Part shown: in pieces, positions 52,151 to 64,000 of the stretch
How positions within the stretch are numbered: position 1 is the first letter of the stretch
How the letters are laid out: the number at the start of each line of letters is the position of its first letter
Origin: Octopus vulgaris
Lineage: Eukaryota
Assembly (NCBI GenBank): GCA_951406725.2
Contig: OX597820.1
Location: 92,566,001 to 92,630,000, forward strand
Direction: 5' to 3'
DNA length: 64,000 nt
Translations under genes and position numbers: made by a program
The notes under the pieces: generated by a model
Databases searched by the model: none
Told to the model about the DNA's origin: nothing
The model's input: the letters and a program-made list of their open reading frames with translations, nothing else

Positions 52151-53062
52151 ATATGTATGTATGTATGTATGTGTGTGTATCGATCTATCTTTTTAATTTT
52201 CTATCTATTAAAATGCATATACATGTATACATACATGCACACACACGCACATATACACACACACACGCACATATACACACACACACACACAAATATATAT
52301 ATATATATATATGTATGTGTGAATGTGCATGTGTATGTGTGAACTAACAAGTGTAAGGTTTTCATTCAGATCGGAAGTCGCGTATACTAATTAAATGATA
52401 TAATCATATCTTAGCTTTACAGCTGTTTCAAATAATCGATTATTGTTATAACATTCAAATTATGTTATTAAGTCTATTAAGGACATGTCCTTATTAAACT
52501 CCAATTTGTGTTTTTCTCCTTCACCAGCACACTGTCAAATTTCCTGTCTGCCCCCACCCATTTGTATAATCTATTTTCGTGCTAAATGTCAGAGACGCCT
52601 TCTTAAAATGCTCATCTGTATTAGCGACATTTTTTATGGTATTTATTGTTTTTGTCTGCTTCACATTTATCCACGATCTGCTATGATTTATGGTCTGCTA
52701 TCTGTCTGCAATGCATCTATAGAATCAGCTGGCCTAAGCACATATTTTTCTCGCACTTCACTTTTTCTTTTTTCTTTTCTTTTTTTTGGGTTTTAGATTT
52801 CTGACTTCCTTTGATCTAACCTGTATAGCCATTTTCTCTCTTTCTTAATTTTATAACCAATTTTTAGTAGTCGTGCGGTTAGCTAACGTTATATGAAAAA
52901 CAACTAATTCCCCCTCAGGCAGCCAGTCCTTCTCTCTCGCCTCCTCTCTCTATTTCTATTTTACGTACCACTACTGACTTTCCTCACCTCTTCTCTGTCT
53001 TTCTAATCCTAATGAACTTACAAATATTTATAAACACTGTTCTCCCCTATGCTATTCTCTAG

Positions 53063-53205
53063 TGTCTTCTGATGTGGACATCAAGATGTCGATACGCGGG
53101 TCTCTTAAATCTGTGACAATCCATACACCTAAAATATTATTCGGCTAGATTAATAATATGCATGTTTATAGCAGTCATCGATTGTCTGAAACAGCTGTAC
53201 AGATA
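53063..53205 (+). ncRNA. Degenerate long-stem-II hammerhead motif in an element with inverted arms (52418-52476 vs 53146-53199)
   Basis: TGTCTT-CTGATGT-GGACA...TGTCT-GAAA-CAGCTG-TA-CAGATA. Palindromic stem III; core A9 is changed to T. Confidence 0.5.
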
Positions 53206-56200
53206 AAACTCAATGACATCATATGACTATATACAGAACTTCTCATGCGAATACATGCATTCACTGTCAGATCACGAAATTACGAACTGCGTCTCGTCAG
53301 TGATAGCTATCTGCTTGTTGCATACTTATCAAATCTCACTGCCGGTGATACAGAGAGTTACTTTGACTTTTCAGGCACTGATGTCGCAAATAACCAGCAG
53401 GTTTATTAAAAGTTAACCATTAGTGACAGAAGCATTATTAATGCCAAAACGCAATATTTATGTCCGAATTGGCGTAGATATTTTGTTAGAACATTGAATA
53501 TTTCTAATATTTCTATATAAGAGGATCTCTCAAGGCAATATTTGCCTTAAGAGAGATCCTCTTATATAGATGAATGTTGCATCTCTTGAACAAATTCTAC
53601 TTTATATTGGACTTTTTTAGTTCTCAGATATTCAATGCTCATCTTGATATTTCGAAAGATTTTCAAACATAAGATTAAACATAAGATGAATATCAAAGTA
53701 TATTTATGGCGAAAAAAGTATCATCAAGTTAATTGTACAAGAGCTCGCTTTTATATATTACGTCTTGCCTAATCTTGAATTATGCGGCATAGCATTCATA
53801 CGATACGGATTTCAATCTGTATAACATATTTTGCATGAAAAAGTATATTAATATGTGTGGAACAAATATACTCCGGAAAACCTGCAATAGATATAAACCT
53901 GCGAATCTGGAACTGAAGTAAGATCGTTTATTGGCATGGTAATTAGAGCTAAATTCCCGGGAAAAAAGTTTGCTAAATTAATCTGTTCTTTGTCTTACAA
54001 GATCAATTTTTATCACATTTGCTCTCACATTATCCGTTACTTTCAAATGTTTATTCAAATGAATATCTAAAGAATGTTGCTACCTTGGTTTATTTCCAGG
54101 ATATTCTATACAAATGATACAGGAGTGTGTGAATAGGTTATATTAGTAATTTGGATAAAATGATATTCGTGTGCAATATAAATTCTCACCGAAAAATTGT
54201 TTCAGAGTAAACAAGAACAGTTATTTTTCAATTAGGAGGTTGACTCCATACATCTGTATGTTGAGCTGTATGAATGCTCTCATTTGCAGCTGTACAAATA
54301 AAACACAAATTTTATACTCATTCTAGCAGAGAAATGCAACAGCATATTCGGTATATTAACGGTCCTGATAAGTTATAGTTAATGTTTTCAGGTACAACGT
54401 ATCTAAGCAGTAATGTCAACATTACCTATATTGACTATTGTCTGCGTGTTTAATTGAATCCTGGCTAAAGATCACCTACGTTCACTGCCGCCATTTAAGC
54501 TTCAATGTTACTGCTTATTCTTGCATCGCATCGTATATTCTGTACGTTTGGACATCATAGTTATGTACATCGTAAACAAAAACACAGTTAAGATATCTTG
54601 GTTTGGACTTGATAATTGCATAAATATAAACGATATTCAAAGGAAACAAATGCAATAATATCAGACAATCTAAATTTCGGGAAAAATAAAAGTTATACAA
54701 ATAGGAATGGATCCTGTCTTCAAACTCATCTGAGTAAAGAATGACCATGTTTCAGTTTTATTATCTCTTTTTCACTTCAGGTGGTAAGACATAGAAGCAA
54801 TCAGCTTATATATAAATAGATGTAAATTAGCAGTACTAATTACGAATATAAACAAAAAACCTGTGAGAAAATCCCTCATGGAGGTGTTGTGCATTCTATA
54901 GGATTTTACAAATTCAAAATAAGGATTTGAAAATAACTTCATTTGAGTGGTATTGCTTTTGCTATATATGGGTATATAATTTTTGTTTTGTTATCATGTT
55001 TGGATACTGCAGATATATTTTCATTATCATATTACATATTACTGCATAGGTTTACGGAGGAGTATGTTCGGGTTAATAACAAAAGAATGACGAAAGCATT
55101 CTTATATATGTGTATATAACTATTTACTAATTCATTATTCTTAATATAAAATTCTGCTTTCGAATATTCTACCGTGAATTATAAGATAATATTTCCAATG
55201 AGGACTGGACTGGCGAATGGAAATAGCATGTGTTTGAAATATTCATGTGTCTGAAATATTCCTTGAAATATTCTTGCAAAGATTAGCTTCCGTTCAAATC
55301 GAAAGACTTGTTAAAGGATCTCAACACGATGTTGATTTTCGTGGTGTGGTTAACAAGATAATACTGAGTTCAATACGATTTTCTGTCTCCGAAGGGAATA
55401 TAACGTAAAGATTTATTCTTATTTTAATTTAGTAAAGAAAATGTTAGGACAGTTTGAAACATCATTGTGCAAACAAAGCCTAATGCTTAATGAGATATGT
55501 AATGGGATTGTGCAGTGATTCATTCGAAGTAAACTGAATCAGGTGAATTTCGTTTGAATTAAAGTGAAATTATACTGATTATTAAGATATGTTTCGTTCA
55601 GATATTTGTAAATGTAGGTGAAAGTTGTAAAGGAATCGATCTTGTTATAAGAGAAGTAATGGTCTCGCCAAATTAGTGGACTTGTATCGTACTTCTGCTG
55701 CATTCTATACCTACTTCAAACATAAATACTTCAGAAATGATTCTTAAGATCAAGTGGGCCAATTATATTCCAGATAACGGTTATCAATGATTCAGAAATA
55801 TGTGCATTCAATCTTTCTTGCAAGTCGTATCACGCAATATTGTGTGCACTGATGACTAATAAATCTATAGATGAAAGTAGGCGAATTTAAAATTCAAATT
55901 TAATATTAACTTTAAAAATAAACTAACAAAGGAATGGTTGGTGGACCGTACCATGAAGCAAATTAGGTCGTGGCTGGTCTGCAAATGATGCAACATATGA
56001 AATACAAATAAACATTTCTTTTACGCTTTGTACGTCCCATACATGAAAACATTACTGAATAGCACGTTTCACTTATTCATGAAAGAAGAAAAAAACAATT
56101 CTAATACGGAAAGAAAGAAAAAAGTAACAAATGCACTGTAGAATGTTGTGGCTTTCAACGGATCGATAATAATTGATAGGATAGTGTCATTGATAAATTT

Positions 56201-57518
56201 TTATTCTATGTGTCCAAATTTCCTGTCTTTAGATATCAAAGTGATCGTAGCACATCTAATGCATAAGAACTACCCGTTTTGTAATTGGTGTATTGTCAAT
56301 AAAGGATAGACAAGGCTTTTCTTTTGTCCAAAACTCTCATTCACACTAGAGAAGAAAAGAGAAGGGAAGATTTATTGATATATGTTTTCGGTATTATACT
56401 TTGTCATGTATTTGTTCATACTTTACCACAGCATATATTTGTCTACATTTCCCCTTTCATACTGCGTCTTAAACACCGCAAAGATGCAATATGAAACGAA
56501 ACTGCATCGAACATCATACAATAAAAATCTATATCAAAATGCCAATTCTATAACAAAATAGGCTTGAACAAAAGAGACATGAGGAAAACTAATAACTTGT
56601 GAGTAACTATCGATTTATAAACATATATATATATACATATATATAAGCCAATCTGTATATCTAAATATTTGCTAACAGATAAGTAAAAACAGTTCGAATT
56701 ATGTAGGTATGGATATATACAGAAAGAAAGTAAAAGTGAATGAATATATTGTAAGTTATTCCGTAGGTACCAATGCAGCATTCGTTGATAGAAGTAAGAT
56801 TACATGATGTTAAAAAACAAAGCTGTTACATCATATCAATTATATAGCTCTATTCTTAGTGAAGTTTTATTCAAGAGAATTCATAACTATATTTTAAAAA
56901 AGCTCTATCCGTTGTATCCCACACAAAGCAGCAGTAAATTGCAGCAATCTAGAAGGTTGCTAAGCTTTGATGAAAACTATATTTATTATAATTTATGAGT
57001 TTGCTGGTTTCATACTGACATAAATAATGTAGCAAAGAAAGCTAACGAATCACACGTAAATTATACAGTATATACGTCGTTTACACACATGAATTCCATC
57101 AGTATGTACAATTTAGTGTACTAGGTCATCAAGAATTAAGTGACTTTGCCAGGAGCACAGCATAATATTAAAGACTGGTAAGAAAAAAGTCTACGTGGCT
57201 ACACATCCAGCTGCGTTCTAAGTATAAATACATTCGTGGGAAGAATACAGATATTGCATTATTATACTTGCAGACACGCACACACACACAAACACACACT
57301 CACACACATACATACGTGTGTGTGTTTGTGTGTGTGTTATAAACTTCGATATTTTTGTGTTCACTTCGAAATGGCAAATTTATAAGAATTTCACGAATTT
57401 CCTCTGATTATATAAGACACGACCAACATAGCTTCCTAGATTTTCATCTGCAAAAGTACAAAAGGAAAAATAGTAACTCACCAGCGCTAGTATTTCTTTC
57501 TACAAGTAAGGAAATATT

Positions 57519-57934
57519 CTCTTCAACTCTAAATATTCTCTTCTACTCTAGGCACAAGGCCTGATATTTTTGGAGAGGTGACTAGTCGATTAGATCGACT
57601 CCAGTACGCAAATGGTATTTAATTTATCGATCCCGAAAGGATGAAAGGCGAAGTCGACCTCGGCGGAATTTGAACTCAGAACGTAACGGCAGACGAAATA
57701 CCTATGTCTTTACTACCCACAAAGAGCTAAACACAGAGAGGTCAAATAAGGACAGACAAACGGATTAAGTCGATTATATCGACCCTAGTGCGTAACTGGT
57801 ACTTAATTTATCGACCCCGAAAGGATGAAAGGCAAAGTCGACCTCGGCGGAATTTGAACTCAGAACGTAACGTCAGACGATATACGGCTACGCGTTTCGC
57901 CCGGCGCGCTAACGTTTCTACCTGCTCGCCGCCT
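57519..57934 (-). mobile_element. Dimeric OK-like SINE with 18-bp TSD
   Basis: tacaagtaaggaaatatt at 57501-57518 and 57935-57952. Two core copies. Confidence 0.9.
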
Positions 57935-60272
57935 TACAAGTAAGGAAATATTGTTTGAGTGGATGAAATTGTAAATATTGTACGATCCCAAAGTGTATTG
58001 TTACTTTTCAGAAAAATGGTTTCTGAGAGGAAATCTGATTGGGTTTCTTCTTGCTTGGAATTTACGCTATGGTTCCTTTGATACTAGTAATATTTCATCT
58101 TCATTAATGAGGATCATGCCTATATTTTGAGGTGAGTGTAGAGAGTCGAAAGAATAAATATCAACCAAGGTACTTGAAATATTCAGGTTAGACATTTTTA
58201 CTTACTTTTGTTGGTTTGGTTTCGTACTCTATGCTTTTTGTAATGTTTTTACCCTTGTAACATATTTTACTGATTTGTTACATAGTACAATGCTACAAAT
58301 ATGCGTGTTTCATACTTGAATTCATCAATACCTGTAAGTAGAGGGTAGTTATTTTATTAATAACACAAGGAACGAAAGAAAAATATACCTTGGTGCTGTT
58401 AATGATATTTCACATATTCGACTACTTACTACACAAAGTAATATAAAGTATATGAAGTTGTTTGCATTTATGTATTAGGATATCTGAATAAAAGCCATGC
58501 GTAAAACAAAAATTATAAACAAATCCATTCACATGAGTCATAAGAGAACTATCTTATTGCAAGCTTGTCAACTTTTGCAACCACATTTTTTTCTGCTAAC
58601 TCTTCTGTTGTCATGAATCATAAGATAGCTCATTTTTATAAATCGTCTATCATTATTCTCACTCGAAATTTCACATATCCTCTGATCTCACTGAAGCTTT
58701 CAATTTTACAGTACTACCGCGTAATACAGTGGTGAGCTTTACCACCTTGTGATACTACTTCGTGGGCTGAGCCGACGAGAGTTAAAGTCTCTTTAATAAA
58801 GTTTCTTTAATTTTCTTGATAAAGAAACAGGCACAGGATAGGAACTGCATGTAATCAGTTTCATCAATATATTAACTTAGCGAAGAGATTTGATACGTTT
58901 TCAATGTTATTAGATTGCATTAATGTGTTATTATGTTGCAGTATATTTGTAAAATATCAGCAAAATACTTTGGGATATTTATGTGAGTACACTTACGTTC
59001 TGATTTCCTCTAGTGCAGAATTTGACGTTACTTTCCATTAGTCTCTGGTCAACAATCAATTTCGTCTGGTCGATTATACATTCTTTAAATAATGCATGGC
59101 TTTGTTCCGGTGGATGTTTGAATCAGTTAATTATAACTTTTACAGACAACCGGTAGCGCAGACGTTGTGGTGTGTTTAAAGCCTTCTTTCATAGTTACTT
59201 GGCTTCGTGCTTAATTCATCTCTTGAGTAAGTGCCTTCTTCTGTGAGCTCAAAGCAATCAGCAGTACTGTGGTGAGTGATATTTTGTACAGAAGCTGATC
59301 TGGAGAGTGACAGATAAAGTTCTTGCGTAGTTTATTTAATCAGTCATCCAGTTTCGTAGTACCCCCTGGTCACTTGGTGCTTTTAGCAAGTTTACTCTGT
59401 TTTAATCCTTCGTCGACAGTGTCTTCTCTGAAAATAACTTTCTGTAGTCTTCTTCGCAGTGCAGTTTCCATGTCTGCTGGCTAAACGACTGGAATGATCT
59501 TGAATGAATAATCTATTTTTATGCTGTGTATGTTCCAGTACCAATATAGGATGGTTCTTCCCCAGAAAGCCGTATTTTTTCTTAAAATGTGCCACTCCCC
59601 TGACTCATTATAAGCTCTCTCTTTCTTTCTTTCTCTCTCTCTCTCTCTCTCTCGATTACAGAGTAGTCATCTCGCAGTTACCATGTGCTTTAACCGTTTC
59701 TAGAAATATGACCTTGCAGAAATCAGCAACCCATTTCCTTACAATCAATATTTACTGTTTTAGCTTAGAATGCGACACTTGACAGAAACGCGAGAGCAAA
59801 TCTTGTAATTTCTTTAAATGTTATCGAGAGCACGGTCAACAATCAATTCTTGCTCCATCGAACGGTAAGAGTCAGAAGTAACAACAATACAAAAGGTCAC
59901 CAATTGATAAAGACAACGTTTGATCGATTGAATGTAAAATTAACCCTCTCTTCTCACATATGATTTCGTACCGGAACGAGAGATATATTATGAAAGGTAT
60001 CATTCAAACTAATTTTCGAATTTTATTCAGTGTTACAACTGTAGTATATTTCAAATATGTCCTTATTATACTGAACTATTCTGAGCTTTTATTTAATGAA
60101 GTTCAAATACATCATGTGTATATGAGTGTGTGTGTCTGTGTGTGTATGTGTATATGCTCACAACAGGCATGTATGTGTATCTATGTGTGGGTGCGTTAGT
60201 GTTTGTGTGTAGTTGCACATAACCAAACATGTGTACTAATTTTACCCACATTACCTAGATAACAATCAGTAA

Positions 60273-60702
60273 TCTCTCTATATATAAACGGCAGTTTGTC
60301 TGTCTGTGTGTCTGTGTGGCTGTCAGGTTGTACCCTCACCCTGACCACGGCTTTCAACCGATTCTGATGAAACTTGATACACACATAGCCCAATGTCATA
60401 ATTCAAAACTAACGCAGTGAAAATTTTGAAATGTTCCCCCAGTTCTGAATAAAATCGATAAATTCGACATGGGGTCGAAAATCTAAGCTTTTTATATGTA
60501 ACACATATTCTGTTGTAGTTTTCGCAACTTGCAATCGGGAGACAGCTAGGAACATCGTATACATAGAAGTATTCGCGTGAAGAGAAGACATTGCAGCCTA
60601 CACATGCACCTTCGTTCCCTAGAGGGAAAGAACTAGATTGGGATTAGTCGTTGCCTACTAGGGGGTCTTACATACCCGGGCAACGCCGGGCTATGCTGCT
60701 AG
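60273..60702 (+). mobile_element. Complete non-autonomous Helitron (430 bp)
   Basis: A|TC start, (CTGT)-like tract, 3' hairpin CCCGG-GCAACG-CCGGG (60675-60690), then CTAG|T end. Confidence 0.85.
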
Positions 60703-61949
60703 TTGAAATTATAAAAGAAAGTCTAGCTACCTTAAAAACCAGCGCTACGTTGGATGCTATTGCCTTTCCTTATGAAAAATGATGACAGTCGTGTTTGTCA
60801 ATCATTTCTTTTAGATTTGCAATATAATAATTTATATTGGACGAAGAAACAAAACCAGTAGATAACGCAAAAACAGAAACATCTTACATACTTTCCTTCA
60901 GGCAAAATCATGACACCTCTACCTCGTCGCTCAGCCTGCTGAAAATAGCAGCCGAATCTCAACAGTACTGAACAACAACATATTTTCTCTTGAAATGTAA
61001 TCAATAGAAGCTATATTATTCTCGAAAATTAAAATAACTATTCATTGTGTGATATATGCCGCAAAGTTATGTACAAAATCTTTTCCTTCTGGCGCTCTCA
61101 TTTGTTCCGTTTTCTTTAGCATTTTGTTTCCTATCGAATTTCATTTAAATCCGATAAGTAAACGCAACAGTTGTTTTATAGAAAGAACATTACAAGTATT
61201 GCGTTTTAGTACCACGGCAATGATGGACCAGGTGAAAATAATATAAGAGAATGTTAGATAATATAATTACGTACTGTGATCAGGTCATTAGTCAGAGTAA
61301 TTTACTTAAATGCTGAGAATTGTGTCTCAGGATTAGATTGATATATATATACGCTACCTTCTTTTGAAGCAATATATTGTAAAGATACATCTCAATAAAA
61401 TCTGATCAAAAGTGAGCATATAGATAAAAGAAAATCGATTAATCAATGAGATTATGTGAAATTGTCGCACACCACATGAAAGAATAGAACACATCTTACT
61501 CTGGTAACTCACATAGTTACATAGATAACTGACTGCTAAATTGTTAATCAGATGACTGAGCGAAACAAGAATAACTCGTTTAACTACTAAGAATAATTGG
61601 GTATAACATTCTTCGAAAACTGTGTCATTTATTTACCGAGAACAGTTTACAAGAAAAACAAAATAAACTTTCTCTCAAACTATTTCTCTGTCTTAAAATG
61701 CATTTAGGTTTCAGCATTTTGTGAATTCGAACGGAACGGGTTGTGTAGGCTATATAAAGGTAAAGAGTAACTTTAGCATACGAAACTACATTATTCTAAT
61801 GCCTAAAAATTGTATAAAACAGACAAACTTCTGAAAATGACTGATAAAAAATAAAAACGAAATACGTTATGTATTTTCAACAACCTACTGGCCAAGACAG
61901 TGGTAGTCCAATCAATCAATATGGAAATAGTTGTCTTAAATCTTATCGA

Positions 61950-62310
61950 AATTTTGTCAAGGCCAAGATGCCCCACTTATCTCTCAGTGGCCGTAAACTC
62001 CGTAGCTCTACGTGTCGTCTATCCATTCAACTTCTCTGCCCATCATATCTAGGAGAGTCATGGGCGTAGCGTCCTCAAGTGCTTCTTTCATAGAATCTAA
62101 TGAGAAGCAACCGTCTTTACAGTTTCCGATTGGATTCCCAAGCGTGTGCACCTCCGGCAATGGATATTGTACAACCATCTCGATATTCCTCTACCTCTAG
62201 GTCTTCAAACAGTTCTGTTTGAGGAAACCGTCTTGCGATTCTTTACTGCGATATTCTAATCACATATCCGTTGTACTGGAGTTGTGATCGCTTAATGCGG
62301 AGTAGATGTT
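61950..62310 (-). pseudogene. Possible RTE-type LINE 3' remnant
   Basis: Minus strand reads G.VIRIS..RIARR..RPRGR..SRW, resembling RTE C-termini. Heavily decayed. Confidence 0.4.
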
Positions 62311-62984
62311 ACATGTAAGAATGCGGAGAAGTAGAGGTTTCATGTCTTTACTGGAAAAGCAAGAAATTCACTGTGTCGAGTTATATTCTATTTTAAATTG
62401 TCCCAGATAAAACTCATGATTTATACTGTGCAGCTTAGGTTAAAAGTATAATGTGTTTTATGTAACTACGAGCAAAGGACGTGCATATCAGATTTATGAC
62501 AAAATTAGACTTTGTGACGTTCCAAGAGTTTTAAAATGTTTCTTTATCTCAGAAACATTATAGCGGGGAGGTGTATTTAAGAAATTTAATCTCAACCAGA
62601 AAAGAGGAACAGGTATTTCAACTGGCGTAGAATTAACATCATATTCTGCGACACTTACCAAATAAGTCTAATTTTGCTTCTTTTATCCTTCCTAGAAGAC
62701 AGGTGAAGTATATTTTAAATGATGGGGCAATCAAATATTGTAACAGTGTGTAGCCTTTACCAAAGTATTCAGCGGTCAGGTAAATCAAATAAAGTAAATT
62801 GTATCAGATGTCAGACAAGTGTTGTAGCTGCATCGCAATAACACCGTACCGAAAGAACACCTGTTGATGTATGACAGTCGCTATATGTTTAGAATCAGTC
62901 CAATAAATATATTACGCAAGTCAACAAAGTCTCTGCACGTTGACTCATACTTGCTAAATGTAGACAGTGAAACTTCACTCATGT

Positions 62985-63029
<45 letters not shown>

Positions 63030-63411
63030 GAGTATCTTAAAATGAAAGTGATACAGCACAGTGCAGCATTATCTACACAAGGAGAATGCGATAGCAGCAC
63101 CTAAAACGCCTTTTAAAAACTTCATATATTGGAGGTAACCTGAGGTTCAACAGATATAATATAAATTCATAAATATATTTGCTCTGATTTATAAAGGGTT
63201 AGATTCGAAATACCCACCGAATAATTTCGATTTAAATATTACTGGAATCTGTTTTTTTTTTGGGGGGGGGGTGTAGGGAACAATAGGCTCTCACAAGATG
63301 AATGACTCGAAATGATCAACTTAAGACAAAGCATTTACTAGTAAATCAGTGACTGAATAAGACCTAAGTTACGAGGATTTTGCTGAGGATGATTAATCAA
63401 CTATAATTGTG

Positions 63412-63447
<36 letters not shown>

Positions 63448-63505
63448 TTTTCTGTCGCACTAAAGTATGGAGATGAAAGGAGGAGAAATACAAAACAATG
63501 AAGGA

Positions 63506-63523
63506 GAGATAGATAGATTGATT

Positions 63524-63619
<96 letters not shown>

Positions 63620-63722
63620 GATAGATAGACAGACAGATAGATAGATAGATAGATATATAGATAGATAGATAGAAAAATAGACAGACTGAGAGATAAAGAC
63701 AGATACAAAGAGAGAGATAGAG
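63506..63722. repeat. (GATA)n microsatellite
   Basis: Direct reading. Confidence 0.95.
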
Positions 63723-64000
63723 AGGTGCAAGTGACTATGGAAAAGGAAAGTAAAAGAGAATGATGAAAGTAGGAAAGAAATTGAAGGAATACAAGAGAAG
63801 GAGGAACACGAGGCAGCACCACATTCGAACATTCAGACTGAATACACAGCCATAAACACATAGGGTATACACATCTGGCGGAGAATGCACACAGACAAAT
63901 ATATGGTAAGGAAAACACGCACATGTGATTAAGCAAATTTCTTACAAGTGGTAGAAACAAAACACGTAAGCAGAATAACATACATACACACAAACATACA

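Noticed and set aside
55844-55890. CTGATGA...GAAA hammerhead-like words
   Set aside because: No stem III, UH or stem I pairing; consistent with chance.
58012-58131. Possible host exon (ttttcag ... gag|gtgagt); similar signals at 59146-59271 and 54781
   Set aside because: All three frames of 58012-58131 hit stops and no recognisable protein emerges. Splice-like words are common in AT-rich DNA. A non-coding exon cannot be excluded without RNA data.

Overview
This is an AT-rich, microsatellite-dense eukaryotic window made almost entirely of mobile-element debris. The tRNA-derived SINE families look like those of octopus, but that is an inference from recognition, not from a search. I see no host protein-coding gene. 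Three layers dominate. (1) R4/Dong-clade non-LTR retrotransposons (RT + CCHC + restriction-like endonuclease) from several families, always in (TAA)n and oriented with the TAA strand. They include a stacked train at about 0.9-7.9 kb, a near-intact copy at 39.6-43.5 kb, and a short non-coding element sharing an R4 3' tail. (2) A decayed Penelope-like element (RT + GIY-YIG), plus at least seven sequence-unrelated small repeat families, mostly in or near (TA)n. Each carries a type I hammerhead ribozyme motif with a palindromic stem III, arranged as inverted arms or as ~361-bp tandem units (retrozyme / pseudo-LTR-like). These ribozyme elements are the most interesting signal. (3) Several SINE families, a CR1 3' end, and piggyBac, Tc1/mariner and non-autonomous Helitron remnants. 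All alignments and folds were done by eye.
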